Of a stretch of 64,000 bases of DNA, positions 38,848-48,394 are shown in pieces (the first letter of the stretch is position 1; each line of letters opens with the position of its first letter). The notes under the pieces were generated by a model. It saw only the letters and a program-made list of their open reading frames with translations, was not told where the DNA came from and made no database searches. Source of the DNA: Deltaproteobacteria bacterium (GTDB lineage Bacteria; Desulfobacterota; Desulfomonilia; UBA1062); NCBI GenBank assembly GCA_018433775.1, contig JAHDQN010000034.1:20479-84478 (forward strand), in the 5' to 3' direction. A program made the translations under genes and the position numbers.

Positions 38848-39570
38848 CTAACCTCTCGGAGCTTCCGGGCCAGCGGCCTTTTCATCCGCGCGGGCGGTCG
38901 TTCTTGCGTTGATCATTCTCCTGAGTATGACGAATGCGGCCAGGACCAGCACGGCGAACCCGATCTGCCCGAGGTTTCCCTCCAGGCCCCCGCTCCCGAA
39001 GGCTGCAAAGACCGCCGCAAGAGGGATGAACCCCAGGACCGAGCCTTGAACGTATGCCTTGAACGGCACCCCGCAACTGCCGCAGAACAGACTCATGACC
39101 GTGGAGTTCGAAAACGGAATGAGCCTGCCATAGAGCACCCACCAGAAGGCGTTCTCCCGGAAGCGCTTCCTCCAGTATCCAAACCCACTGCCCAGCCGCC
39201 GCTCCACCACCCGGCCGAGCAGAGACCTCCCGGCCAGGTAGAGAATCGAGGCGCCCAGAATCGACGCCAGCACCGAGAGCACCGTGCCCATGAGCGCCCC
39301 GTAGACGACACCGCCCACGGCACTCGCCCACAGCCTCGGCATCCCCAGGGCAATGATGCCCGCCCCTCCCACAACGAACACCACCGCCGAGAACATGCGC
39401 CCGGCGCTCGAAGACCCCCCCTGAAGCAGCGACCTGAAGGTCTCGATATCAAAGAGCACATCTCGCAGGCCGCTCCTCTCAAGAAACACGGTAATTGCCA
39501 CGAAAAAAACCGCCACTCCGGCTACCCGGCAGACGTCACCCGCAACCTTTCTGTCGACACCCGCACTCAC
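38848..39570 (-). CDS. TVP38/TMEM64 (DedA-superfamily, VTT/SNARE-associated domain) membrane protein, copy 1
   Basis: PRLWASAVGGVVYG...WWVLYGRLIPFSNSTVMSLFCGSCGVPFKAYVQGSVLGFIPLAAVFAAFG. Start proposed at GTG 39570, giving a GTGA overlap with the upstream GT2 stop. Paralogue of 52270-53046. Confidence 0.75.
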   Translation of the reverse strand: MSAGVDRKVAGDVCRVAGVAVFFVAITVFLERSGLRDVLFDIETFRSLLQGGSSSAGRMFSAVVFVVGGAGIIALGMPRLWASAVGGVVYGALMGTVLSVLASILGASILYLAGRSLLGRVVERRLGSGFGYWRKRFRENAFWWVLYGRLIPFSNSTVMSLFCGSCGVPFKAYVQGSVLGFIPLAAVFAAFGSGGLEGNLGQIGFAVLVLAAFVILRRMINARTTARADEKAAGPEAPRG

Positions 39571-40331
39571 CTCGTCTCCCTCACCTTGTACCGGAGCGCA
39601 CGCATCCTCAGCCAGGCAACCCCGGCCAGGTCCACTATTCCCGCCCAGAGCCTGCTGTTGATTCCCTGGCCGTACTTGCTCGTCCCTTTCAGACGCACAC
39701 GGTGGTTCACCGGCATCTCCGCCACGCGGTACCCTGCCATGATGAACAGCGCAGGAATAAACCGGTGCGCGTTGCGGAAAAACCTCACTTTGCCCAGACA
39801 CTCCCGCCTGAATACCCGCACCGAGCAGCCGACGTCCGTGATGTTGTCCTTGAGCACCCCGGAGCGCACCCGGTTGGCCACCACGCTCGATACCCGCCTG
39901 ATCATGTTGTCGGCCCTCTTATGCCTGATGCCGCACATCATGTCCACACACCTGGCCTCAAGCTCGTCTTTGAGCCGCAGAATGTCGCGGGGATCGTTCT
40001 GCCCGTCTCCGTCAAGGGTCGCCACGTATTCCCCGCATGCCGCGCCAAAACCCGCCTCCAGCGCCGCCGACTGGCCGCTGTTGGGCCAAAGATGCACCAC
40101 CCGCACGTTCCCGCCCTTCAGATCAAGGGCATCCAGGACCTCCGGCGTCCGGTCAGTGGAACCGTCATCAACCAGAATGAGCTCCCAGCCCAGCCCGGCC
40201 TGCTCAGCCAGCACCTCACACACCTCGCCGACAACCTCCTCGATGCACTCCTCCTCGTTGTAAAACGGCATGACTACACTCAGAGCTACATCACGACCGT
40301 TCAACAGCACACCTCTTCCTTTCTTTTTCAC
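39567..40331 (-). CDS. GT2 polyprenyl-phosphate glycosyltransferase (GtrB/ArnC/DPM1-like), copy 1
   Basis: LSVVMPFYNEEE, LILVDDGSTDRT, NSGQSAALEAGF, TLDGDGQNDPRDI, followed by two C-terminal TM-like helices. The track start is a GTG at 40331. TTG at 40304, with AGAGGTG upstream, is an alternative start. Confidence 0.8.
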   Translation of the reverse strand: MKKKGRGVLLNGRDVALSVVMPFYNEEECIEEVVGEVCEVLAEQAGLGWELILVDDGSTDRTPEVLDALDLKGGNVRVVHLWPNSGQSAALEAGFGAACGEYVATLDGDGQNDPRDILRLKDELEARCVDMMCGIRHKRADNMIRRVSSVVANRVRSGVLKDNITDVGCSVRVFRRECLGKVRFFRNAHRFIPALFIMAGYRVAEMPVNHRVRLKGTSKYGQGINSRLWAGIVDLAGVAWLRMRALRYKVRETR

Positions 40332-40822
40332 CCGTTGAGGTTCAAGGAACCGGCCATCGACCTAGAGACTTGTGCCCACGACTTTCCCGGCCGTTCCGGC
40401 GGATGCCCATGCTGCACCGGCAATTCTCCCCTACAGGTATATAATAATACCGAGCAATCCAAACACACGGCTTACCAGTACGATATGGATCTCAAAGGCT
40501 GATGCGAGGATTCGGAAAAGCCGATCTCTCCAGCATCGAGTTTACGGCTCAGAATTGCAATCCGGTTCGCTGTCTCTCCGTACAATCTCTGCCCTGAGTC
40601 CGGCATGCCTTGTGACAGGCATACCATCAGGAAGCGAAACGGCTGGCATTTCCTTTCCTTCCGGAGCATGTCTACGGGGGTGACTCAGAGAACTGTCTGT
40701 GATCGATCGATATACCTGTGGCTAATCGCCGGGACCACGCGGGATCACGAACCCGGCATCACCAGTGCCGTTCGCACTGCAAGGCTCGACATCCCCTGCT
40801 CCCCGGTATGACCGCTGATCCC

Positions 40823-41761
40823 TTATCCACCCTCGTCTGTCTGTGCAGAGTTCGGGTAGACATAGGCGCGGTTTACGATCAGGACCACCCCACCAATGAG
40901 GACAGCAAGCCAGAGGGTGAACAGCCTTGCCATGATGGTGGCCAGGGCGGCCGGTGTCGCGGGTATCCCGGCTTGCACGATGAGTCCCATGAGACCGGCA
41001 TCGGTGACGATCAGGCCACCGGGCACCATGGAGAGCACTCCCGCCAGGGTGGAAAAACCGAAAACGGCTGTTGCGCGGATGATGCCCATGTCGTAGCCAA
41101 GCCCAGACAGGATCAGGTGCAGGGCAACACCTTCGTTCGTCCAGGCAATCAGCGTAACGGCAAAGGCCATCGTCAGGGTGCGTGCACCGAAGAGCGCAAA
41201 CAAGTCATCCACGGCCGTGCTCAGCTCCCGTGCCCGGTCGGCCAACATCGGGATGCGGGCGAGGCAGCCGATAATCCTGTCTGGTACACCCCGGATCAGT
41301 CCCAGCAGCGGTAGGGCGCACAGAGCCATGGCAATCCATGCCCCCTTGCCGAAGAGCCCGACAGCCAGCAGCGAGATGACGCTGAGACCCAGCAGGTCCA
41401 TGTAAAGCTCGGCTGCAATGACAGGAGTTGAAGAGATGAACGACCGTCCGGAAAGGCCTTTGAGCATCCGGCCCTTGATGAGCAGGCCCACCTTGCCCGG
41501 GGTGGCGCTCATGGAAAGGCCGGACACAAAGACAATCAGGGATTGCCTGACCGGGATCCTGATGCCTGTCTTCCTGAGATAGATCTCCCAGCGCAGAAAT
41601 TTGACCATGTCGTTCATGAAGCCGAAAAAGGCTATGGCAGGAACGAGCCACCAGGGAAACCCCCTGACAGCACCCCAGGCATGCGCGAGATCTCCCCACA
41701 TGCCGACGGTTGAGAAGGCGATAATCGCCAGCACGGCCGACAGGGTGACCCCTTTGATCAA
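40823..41761 (-). CDS. Flippase-like membrane protein (lysyl-phosphatidylglycerol synthase TM region / UPF0104 family)
   Basis: 312 aa, about 8 TM helices. FLRWEIYLRKTGIRIP...LSMSATPGKVGLLIKG pattern. TTG start forms a TTGA overlap with the arnB stop. Confidence 0.65.
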   Translation of the reverse strand: MIKGVTLSAVLAIIAFSTVGMWGDLAHAWGAVRGFPWWLVPAIAFFGFMNDMVKFLRWEIYLRKTGIRIPVRQSLIVFVSGLSMSATPGKVGLLIKGRMLKGLSGRSFISSTPVIAAELYMDLLGLSVISLLAVGLFGKGAWIAMALCALPLLGLIRGVPDRIIGCLARIPMLADRARELSTAVDDLFALFGARTLTMAFAVTLIAWTNEGVALHLILSGLGYDMGIIRATAVFGFSTLAGVLSMVPGGLIVTDAGLMGLIVQAGIPATPAALATIMARLFTLWLAVLIGGVVLIVNRAYVYPNSAQTDEGG

Positions 41762-42876
41762 GAAAGCACTCCCCTGACACCCTCGACTACGCGTTGCACC
41801 TGGGCCGTGTCCATTCCTGGATGGATCGGGAGACTGACGATCCTGGCCGCGACCTCCTCGGTAACGGGCAGCTTGACCATTCCGCAGAGCCTTTTGATGA
41901 AGCTCAGGGTGTGGCAGGCGGGAAAATGCAGGCCATAGCCGATATTCTCTTCCGCCAGGGCGGCCATGAAATCCTGGCGCTCCATGGCGCGCAGCTTGAC
42001 GACGAAAAGGTGCCAGGAGTGCTGGTGGTCATAGTTTGGGGTTCCGGGCAGATCCAACCCCGTTCCCTTCAGGCCGTCGAGGTAGGCCCGGGCGATTTCG
42101 GCGCGCCGCCGGGTGATGGCGGCGATCTTCTTCATCTGCACCAGGCCCAGCACGGCCTGGATATCGGTCATGTTGTATTTGAACCCCGGCTCGGCGATAT
42201 CGTAGCCCGGATCCGAGGCCTTGCCATAGCGTTTCCAGGCATCACGCTCGATGCCGTGGAACCTGAGCAGCCTCAGGCGCCGCATGAGCGTATCGTCGCT
42301 TCCCGTCACCATCCCGCCCTCGCCTGTGGTGATGTTCTTGATGGGGTGAAAAGAAAAGATCGCGGTATTCTTCCCGCCGATGTGCCTGCCCTTGTAGCGG
42401 GTGTCGATGGCATGCGCCGCGTCTTCGATCACGGGAACGCCGGCGGCGGCTTCCTCTATGGCGTCCAGGTCGGCCGGCGCCCCTGCGAAGTGCACGGGGA
42501 TGAGTGCCCTGGTCCGCTTCGTCACGGCCCGGGCATAGTCCTCGGCACCCGGCATGAGCGTGTCGTAGTCACAGTCCACGAAAACCGGCCTCGCCCCGGC
42601 CAGGACGATCTGGTTGACCGTGGAGGCAAAGGTCATCGACGGGGTGACGACCTCGTCCCCGTTCCCGATTTCCAGGGCCCTGAGCACGAGATGCAGCCCG
42701 GCCGTGGCCGATGTCAGTGCAACCGCCTGAGGGGCGCCGGCAAGGGCGGCAAAGCGCTCTTCGAACTCCCGGCACCTGGGCCCGGTGGTGATCCAGCCCG
42801 AGCGCAAGACCTTGACGACCTCTTCGATCTCCTCCTCATCATAATACGGCCGGCTCATGGGTATGAACTCGTTCAT
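41758..42876 (-). CDS. arnB: UDP-4-amino-4-deoxy-L-arabinose aminotransferase-like (DegT/DnrJ/EryC1 family)
   Basis: IPMSRPYYDEEEIEEVVKVLRSGWITTGP, FHPIKNITTGEGGM (PLP Lys). ATG 42876 is preceded by AAAGGAGAG. The arnB name comes from the operon context. Confidence 0.8.
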   Translation of the reverse strand: MNEFIPMSRPYYDEEEIEEVVKVLRSGWITTGPRCREFEERFAALAGAPQAVALTSATAGLHLVLRALEIGNGDEVVTPSMTFASTVNQIVLAGARPVFVDCDYDTLMPGAEDYARAVTKRTRALIPVHFAGAPADLDAIEEAAAGVPVIEDAAHAIDTRYKGRHIGGKNTAIFSFHPIKNITTGEGGMVTGSDDTLMRRLRLLRFHGIERDAWKRYGKASDPGYDIAEPGFKYNMTDIQAVLGLVQMKKIAAITRRRAEIARAYLDGLKGTGLDLPGTPNYDHQHSWHLFVVKLRAMERQDFMAALAEENIGYGLHFPACHTLSFIKRLCGMVKLPVTEEVAARIVSLPIHPGMDTAQVQRVVEGVRGVLS

Positions 42877-43228
42877 GGGCTCTCCTTTCATATGCGCTCC
42901 GGCTCTCGACGTTCTGGCACCCGCGCACGTGCTGGAGCCCCACCGTGCACGAGCGATACGCACGAGTTGCCGGACTGCCAAAAAAATTCCAGATCTCCTC
43001 TCCATAAGCTGACAGCCGCTCCCCCGGTTGCCATCTCGTATGCGTCATCAGGGGGTTTTCGCGGCATCCTCAACAGCAGCCGTGTCACGTGGCATGCGAG
43101 AGGCTCTTGGACAGGCGCCTAAAAACTGCTCCTGAGCACGGAAAGATCACCCCTTCTCAGGTCGGGCTACACCCGGACGAATGCTATATGCAAGCTTTAT
43201 CTTCCTCATGTATGTCCGCGGTCTTGCT

Positions 43229-44806
43229 TCACCTGCCCTGGGATGCGGTGATTGTGCTACCCTCCCACACCCTCAGGGTATGGTGAATCCCGTAATCGTG
43301 CTCATAGACGGGAACCAGGCCCTCTTTTGGCTGCAGATGCTCCTCGTCGGCGATGACAAGCCCCTCCGGATGGGCTCTTGCCCAGTGAGCCACATCCTCT
43401 TCCCTGATGGTTTCCACCGGTTCTTTCAGGCGGCCCAGGAAGTTGAACATGCCGTGGTACGTGCCGACGTAGCTCACTGCAACCCCTTCATCCTGCATTC
43501 TGCCCAGGTACGCGCTCAGCTCCCGCACGTCGTAGGCCCCCATTACCCGGATAAGGCTCACGTCCAGCAGAAGTACCAGGGCAAGAGCTGATGCTGATAC
43601 CGGCATGACCAGCCTCATCCTGAGCGAAGTATAGGATGCCGGCAGCAGGATGCCTGCTGCCATGAGCGCATAGCCGCAGTACGGACCCACCCGGGAGAGG
43701 CTCTCGACGAGTACGGGATCGCCGGAGAGGTGCGTCAGGGCCAGCAGACCCGCACCCAGGGCCGCGAGGGCAAGGCCGGGGAATATCGGGTCCCAGCTCC
43801 GGTGCACCCCTCTCCTGTCCAATGCGTACGATGATATCAGGGCAAAGGCAGGAAACAGGGGCAGCAGGTAATGCGGCTGCTTGCCGCTGATCAGTGAGAA
43901 GACCGCAAACCCCGGAACCAGCCAGGCAATGCAGAATCTCACCGGCCCAGAGGACGGAGCCGACCTAAGGCTGCCGAGTGCCCGCCACAAGGCCGGCCAG
44001 AGGGCCCAGGGGAACAGAAGTGCGGGCAGCAGCGGCACGTACCACCAGAACGGTCGCTCGTGCGCAAAGGATTTGGCGACCCTGCCGGCCGACTGCTTCC
44101 ATAAGATGGCCTGCGCATACTGTTCGCCGCCCGACAGGGCGGCCGGGACCGCCCAGGCAAGGCCGACAACGGCCCCGACGAGCACGGAAAATGCAACGCC
44201 CGAATACCAGCGGGCCCACGATACGGGCCTGTGCTCGACTGCCCACCAGGGAGCCAGAAGGGCCAGGGGCAGCGTGTGCACCAGAATCACCGGCCCCTTC
44301 GAAAGGATCCCCATGCCTATGGCCGCCCCGAGGATCATCCATCCCGCGGCTCCGCCCTCCTTCCATCTGTGCACAATGCCCAGCACCCCGAGCAGGGTAA
44401 AAAACGCCATGAGCATGTCGAACATGACCGCAGTGAGAAAAATGCTCCACAGCAGGCTACAGACCAGGATCAGGGGGGCGGCCGTAACCGCGTGCGGCCG
44501 GTCAGGCCAGAGGCGATGGGCGATCCTGGCGGTGAGAAACAGGCTGGCAAGCCCGAAGAGCGGCGATGCAAGCCTCGGCCAGAGGTCGTTCACACCAAAG
44601 AGAGCCCATCCCAGATTGAACAGCCAGAAGAGAAGCGGGGGTTTCTGGCTGTATACCTCGCCGTTCAGGTAGGGAACCAGAAAATCTCCGCGCAGCCACA
44701 TCTCCCAGGCAACGGATACGTACCGGGTCTCGTCGATGGGAACATAGGAGCGGGTAAGCAGCGAGACGCCGACCAGTGCGGCCCAGTAGTATAACCAGAG
44801 TGGCAT
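43229..44806 (-). CDS. GT-C fold glycosyltransferase (ArnT/PMT, GT39/GT83-like), copy 2
   Basis: DETRYVSVAWEMWLRGDFLVPYLNGEVYSQKPPLLFWL at the N-terminus, about 11 TM helices, soluble C-terminal domain. Start at ATG 44806. Confidence 0.8.
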   Translation of the reverse strand: MPLWLYYWAALVGVSLLTRSYVPIDETRYVSVAWEMWLRGDFLVPYLNGEVYSQKPPLLFWLFNLGWALFGVNDLWPRLASPLFGLASLFLTARIAHRLWPDRPHAVTAAPLILVCSLLWSIFLTAVMFDMLMAFFTLLGVLGIVHRWKEGGAAGWMILGAAIGMGILSKGPVILVHTLPLALLAPWWAVEHRPVSWARWYSGVAFSVLVGAVVGLAWAVPAALSGGEQYAQAILWKQSAGRVAKSFAHERPFWWYVPLLPALLFPWALWPALWRALGSLRSAPSSGPVRFCIAWLVPGFAVFSLISGKQPHYLLPLFPAFALISSYALDRRGVHRSWDPIFPGLALAALGAGLLALTHLSGDPVLVESLSRVGPYCGYALMAAGILLPASYTSLRMRLVMPVSASALALVLLLDVSLIRVMGAYDVRELSAYLGRMQDEGVAVSYVGTYHGMFNFLGRLKEPVETIREEDVAHWARAHPEGLVIADEEHLQPKEGLVPVYEHDYGIHHTLRVWEGSTITASQGR

Positions 44807-44975
44807 GGCCTTCTTATCGCGGTTCACGTCGTCCTCCCGGACACATAAAAGACAATGCCTGACCCGTGGCATGGCCCGAGTGATAGGGAACGTGACGGGA
44901 AAAGTTCCGAACGTTTCCGCGCATGCCGAGATCGAGCAGGTATGCGCTGCAAGAAGAATCTTTTCATGTCGCACC

Positions 44976-46415
44976 TCATCCTTCCTGGCGAGCACCGTTT
45001 CCGGCGGGCCCGGTTTGTGATTGCATCCTGACACGGTATATCTCGATGCCCGTAATGCAGATGCTCAACCAGAAAAGCCCTCCCGCGAGGCCCGCGATCA
45101 CATCGCTTAAGTAGTGGACCCCGAGGTAGAGCCTGCTCAGTCCAATGACGAACACGAGAAAGCCTGCGAGAGATACCGAGAATGCCCACAGCCTTGCGGA
45201 GCTGGTCCGCATCGTGAACAGGTAGGCGAGCATGCCGTAGAACACGACCGACATCATGGCGTGCCCGCTGGGAAAGCTCCAGCCGATCACCTGGGCGAGA
45301 GGTTCTCCTTCCGGCGGCCTCGGCCGTTGGATGACCGCCTTCAGGACAAGGACGAGCACGCTCCCCCCGGCCATGGCCACGGCCAAGACCACGGCGGAAG
45401 CACATCTCCTGCGCGCCGCGAGATACCCCGCCACCAGGAGGCTGCACACGGCGAGGAAGACGCCCCCTCCGAGATGCGTCAGCGCCTCCATGGTCCTGTC
45501 CGCCAGCGGTGTCCTGAAGTAGAGGACCTTTCCCACGATCCATTCATCGACCGCCACAAAGGGGTCCCCGGTAAGGATGTCCTCGGTTATTCCCCCGAAT
45601 ATCCAGAGAAAAACAGCGCTTATCACCAGCCCGACGGTGAGATGGAGTCCAAGGTAGTATCCCGGCGACACCCTTCTGATGACATATCCGGTGAGTGCCG
45701 GATGTCTGTGTATGAAAGCGCTGACCACGGGGGAAGCTGAGACACGGGCGAACCATCCGCGTATCTGGGCCTGGTTGTCGGCCAACTTTCGGTACAGGTA
45801 GCCGAAACCCGCCGTCACCAGGAGCATGAACAGCACAAACAGCCCCGCCCGGCCCGACCAACGCTCCACCTGCTGCCAGCTCTCTCCCGCAACATAGCCC
45901 AGGCACGTGAAAACAACTGCCCAGGCCACCCCTCCGGCAGCGTTGAACAGGAAGAACCGCGCATAGGGCATGGAAGACATGCCAGCGACAAAGGGTGCGA
46001 GCGCCCGGAGAATGCCTGCGAACCTTCCCCAGAAAACCGTCTTCCCGCCGTGGGTCTCGAAGTAAGACCCAGCCCTGTCGAGGTGTTTTCTCTTCAGGAG
46101 AAGAAACCTCTCGTGAGTCCGGAAATAGCCTTTCCCCATGACCTTTCCGAGGCTGTATCCGGTTGAGTCACCGAGCACGGCGCCCAGCGAGATAACCAGG
46201 ATGCAGTCCCCCAAGTCGAGATACCCGTGCGAAGACAGAAAGCCCGCCAGGACCACAACGGTCTCGCCCGGAACGATGAGCCCCATGAAGGCAGCGCTCT
46301 CGAGGTATGCCGCCAGGAATATGACGACGTATGCCCAGTTCCCGATAAGACCAAGTTTTGAGAGAAAGCTCTGCACTGTTTTCCCCAGGCGTTGGAAACC
46401 ATGGTGCAGGCGCAT
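44976..46415 (-). CDS. DedA-family domain fused to PAP2 lipid phosphatase
   Basis: The N-terminal half is DedA-like (AAYLESAAFMGLIVPGETVVVLAGFL...GKTVFWGRFAGILRALAPFVAG). The C-terminal half is PAP2 (SFPSGHAMMS...SRLYLGVHYLSDVIAG). Confidence 0.8.
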   Translation of the reverse strand: MRLHHGFQRLGKTVQSFLSKLGLIGNWAYVVIFLAAYLESAAFMGLIVPGETVVVLAGFLSSHGYLDLGDCILVISLGAVLGDSTGYSLGKVMGKGYFRTHERFLLLKRKHLDRAGSYFETHGGKTVFWGRFAGILRALAPFVAGMSSMPYARFFLFNAAGGVAWAVVFTCLGYVAGESWQQVERWSGRAGLFVLFMLLVTAGFGYLYRKLADNQAQIRGWFARVSASPVVSAFIHRHPALTGYVIRRVSPGYYLGLHLTVGLVISAVFLWIFGGITEDILTGDPFVAVDEWIVGKVLYFRTPLADRTMEALTHLGGGVFLAVCSLLVAGYLAARRRCASAVVLAVAMAGGSVLVLVLKAVIQRPRPPEGEPLAQVIGWSFPSGHAMMSVVFYGMLAYLFTMRTSSARLWAFSVSLAGFLVFVIGLSRLYLGVHYLSDVIAGLAGGLFWLSICITGIEIYRVRMQSQTGPAGNGARQEG

Positions 46416-46518
46416 CCGGAGATGAGCGTACCAACGAGAAAACCCCTACCTCCCGACCGCTACGGGCGGTGCCATTAGCCCTGAAGACATCGAACGGTTC
46501 GCTCCACACGGCCCGGTC

Positions 46519-47370
46519 TCACACGGCGCATTTGAAAGCCCGGTGAGGCACCCGCCGGGTCTTCAGGCCCCGAACCGGCAGGGACGCCCTGTCGATCTCC
46601 TCGGCGATGTCGCACACCCTGCGGGTCGTGTACCCGAGCGACAGTGCGCGGTCGAGAATGCGCTCGAAATCATCCAGGTATCTGCCTCCCTCCACCTCGG
46701 CATGCACGGGCAGGACCCACGGGGTCTCAGATGCGGCGTTCCTGCCGAGGGCATCGAGCACCCCGGCCGCGCCCACCTCCTCGATGCAGGGGAGGTTCGA
46801 GGGCACCTCGAGCATCCTGTTCTCCTCGAACACGAAGGGGGCGGCGGCACGCGTGCAGCTCAGGTATGAAAAGCCGTAGACGGCGACTGCACCGAGCGCC
46901 CTCGAATCCACGCGCCAGCCAGGAGCACCGAATGCCGCGGGTCTGCTCCCCGTAACCTCGATAAAGGCATCCACCATGGAGCCAAGCCACTTCCTGACAG
47001 ATCCCATGCTCATGAAGGGAAGCCAGTCCTGCCACAGCCGGTGGTCCCAGGCATGGCAGGCCGTCTCGTGTCCGAGCTCACCGAGCTCCCTGATCCGCTC
47101 GGGAAAGGCACACCCGATCATCGGGGCCTTGAGCAGGGTGCCGTACAGGGCTGTCCTCCAGCCGTACATGGAGGGCGCGCCGGTCCTGAGCATCTTGAAG
47201 GCAAAGCGCGGCCGCAGGAGCTGAACGATTGCGAGCCCCGAGCGGTCGGGTCCGAAGCTGATGAAGAAGCTCGCCCGGATGCCCCTTTTTTCCAGCACTC
47301 CGGTGATCCGCGGCAGGTTCTGCATCCCGTGGAAGGTGTCGATGTCAACCTTGAGTGCCAGTACGGGCAT
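46519..47370 (-). CDS. arnD: 4-deoxy-4-formamido-L-arabinose-phosphoundecaprenol deformylase-like polysaccharide deacetylase
   Basis: LALKVDIDTFHGM...RASFFISFGPD...HAWDH NodB-type motifs. Lies inside the arn gene set. Confidence 0.8.
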   Translation of the reverse strand: MPVLALKVDIDTFHGMQNLPRITGVLEKRGIRASFFISFGPDRSGLAIVQLLRPRFAFKMLRTGAPSMYGWRTALYGTLLKAPMIGCAFPERIRELGELGHETACHAWDHRLWQDWLPFMSMGSVRKWLGSMVDAFIEVTGSRPAAFGAPGWRVDSRALGAVAVYGFSYLSCTRAAAPFVFEENRMLEVPSNLPCIEEVGAAGVLDALGRNAASETPWVLPVHAEVEGGRYLDDFERILDRALSLGYTTRRVCDIAEEIDRASLPVRGLKTRRVPHRAFKCAV

Positions 47371-48394
47371 GGTTCAGTCCGGCCTCCTTCAGAAAACTCT
47401 CGAGGGTGAGCCGCAGGGCATCGTCCAGCCCCACACGTGGCTGCCAGCCCAACAGCTTTCTGGCGTTCTCGATGCTGGGCACCCTCGTGCCGATATCCTG
47501 GTAGCTCTCGCCATAGAAGTTCACGGCGTCCTGAACCACGACCCGGGGGTCGTACCTTCCCGTGCCGAACACGGGGTGCTGCCTGAACAGGGCCATAAGC
47601 CTTTCGGCGAGATCTCGTATGGTGCAGTTGTTCGATGGGTTGCCGATGTTGAAGATCCGGGCCGAGGCCTTCCCTTCGCGGTTCTCGATAATGCGCATGA
47701 GGGCGTCGATGCCGTCGTCGATATAGGTGAAGGACCTGCTCTGATTCCCCCCGTCCACCAGCACGATGGGCTCATCCATGACCAGGGACGCGATGAACTG
47801 GGTCACGACCCGCGAGGATCCCTCCTTCGCGGTCTCGAGGGAATCAAGCCGTGGCCCTATCCAGTTGAAGGGCCGGATGATGGTGAAGTGGAGATCGCCC
47901 CTCTTGCCGTAGGCCCAGATCACCCTGTCCAGGAGCTGCTTCGAGCACGAGTAGATCCAGCGGTCCTTGTGAATGGGGCCGAGCACAAGGTTCGAGGCAT
48001 ACTCGTCAAAGCTTCCGTCGGCGCACATACCATAAACCTCGGAGGTCGAAGGGAAGATCACCCGCTTTCTGTACTTCACGCACTGCCGGATGATGTGCAG
48101 GTTTTCCTCGAAATCGAGCTCGAAGACTCCCAGGGGATTCTCGATATAGGTCTTGGGGGTGGCAATGGCAACCAGCGGCAGGACCACGTCGCACTTCTTG
48201 ACATGGTACTCTATCCACTCCTTGTTGATGGCGATATCCCCCTCGACGTAGTGGAACCGTTTATGGCCCACAGACCCGCCGAGCTTGTCACACCCGAGAT
48301 CCATCCCGTAGATGTCCCATTCGGTGTCCCTGAGAACGCGTGCGCTCAGGTGTGAGCCGATAAAACCGTTGACGCCCAGGATCAGGACTTTCAT
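47345..48394 (-). CDS. arnA: UDP-glucuronate oxidative decarboxylase (ArnA C-terminal-domain equivalent, stand-alone)
   Basis: MKVLILGVNGFIGSHL Rossmann fold, PSTSEVYG, YSCSKQLLD (YxxxK). ATGA overlap with the formyltransferase gene. Confidence 0.85.
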   Translation of the reverse strand: MKVLILGVNGFIGSHLSARVLRDTEWDIYGMDLGCDKLGGSVGHKRFHYVEGDIAINKEWIEYHVKKCDVVLPLVAIATPKTYIENPLGVFELDFEENLHIIRQCVKYRKRVIFPSTSEVYGMCADGSFDEYASNLVLGPIHKDRWIYSCSKQLLDRVIWAYGKRGDLHFTIIRPFNWIGPRLDSLETAKEGSSRVVTQFIASLVMDEPIVLVDGGNQSRSFTYIDDGIDALMRIIENREGKASARIFNIGNPSNNCTIRDLAERLMALFRQHPVFGTGRYDPRVVVQDAVNFYGESYQDIGTRVPSIENARKLLGWQPRVGLDDALRLTLESFLKEAGLNHARTGTQG

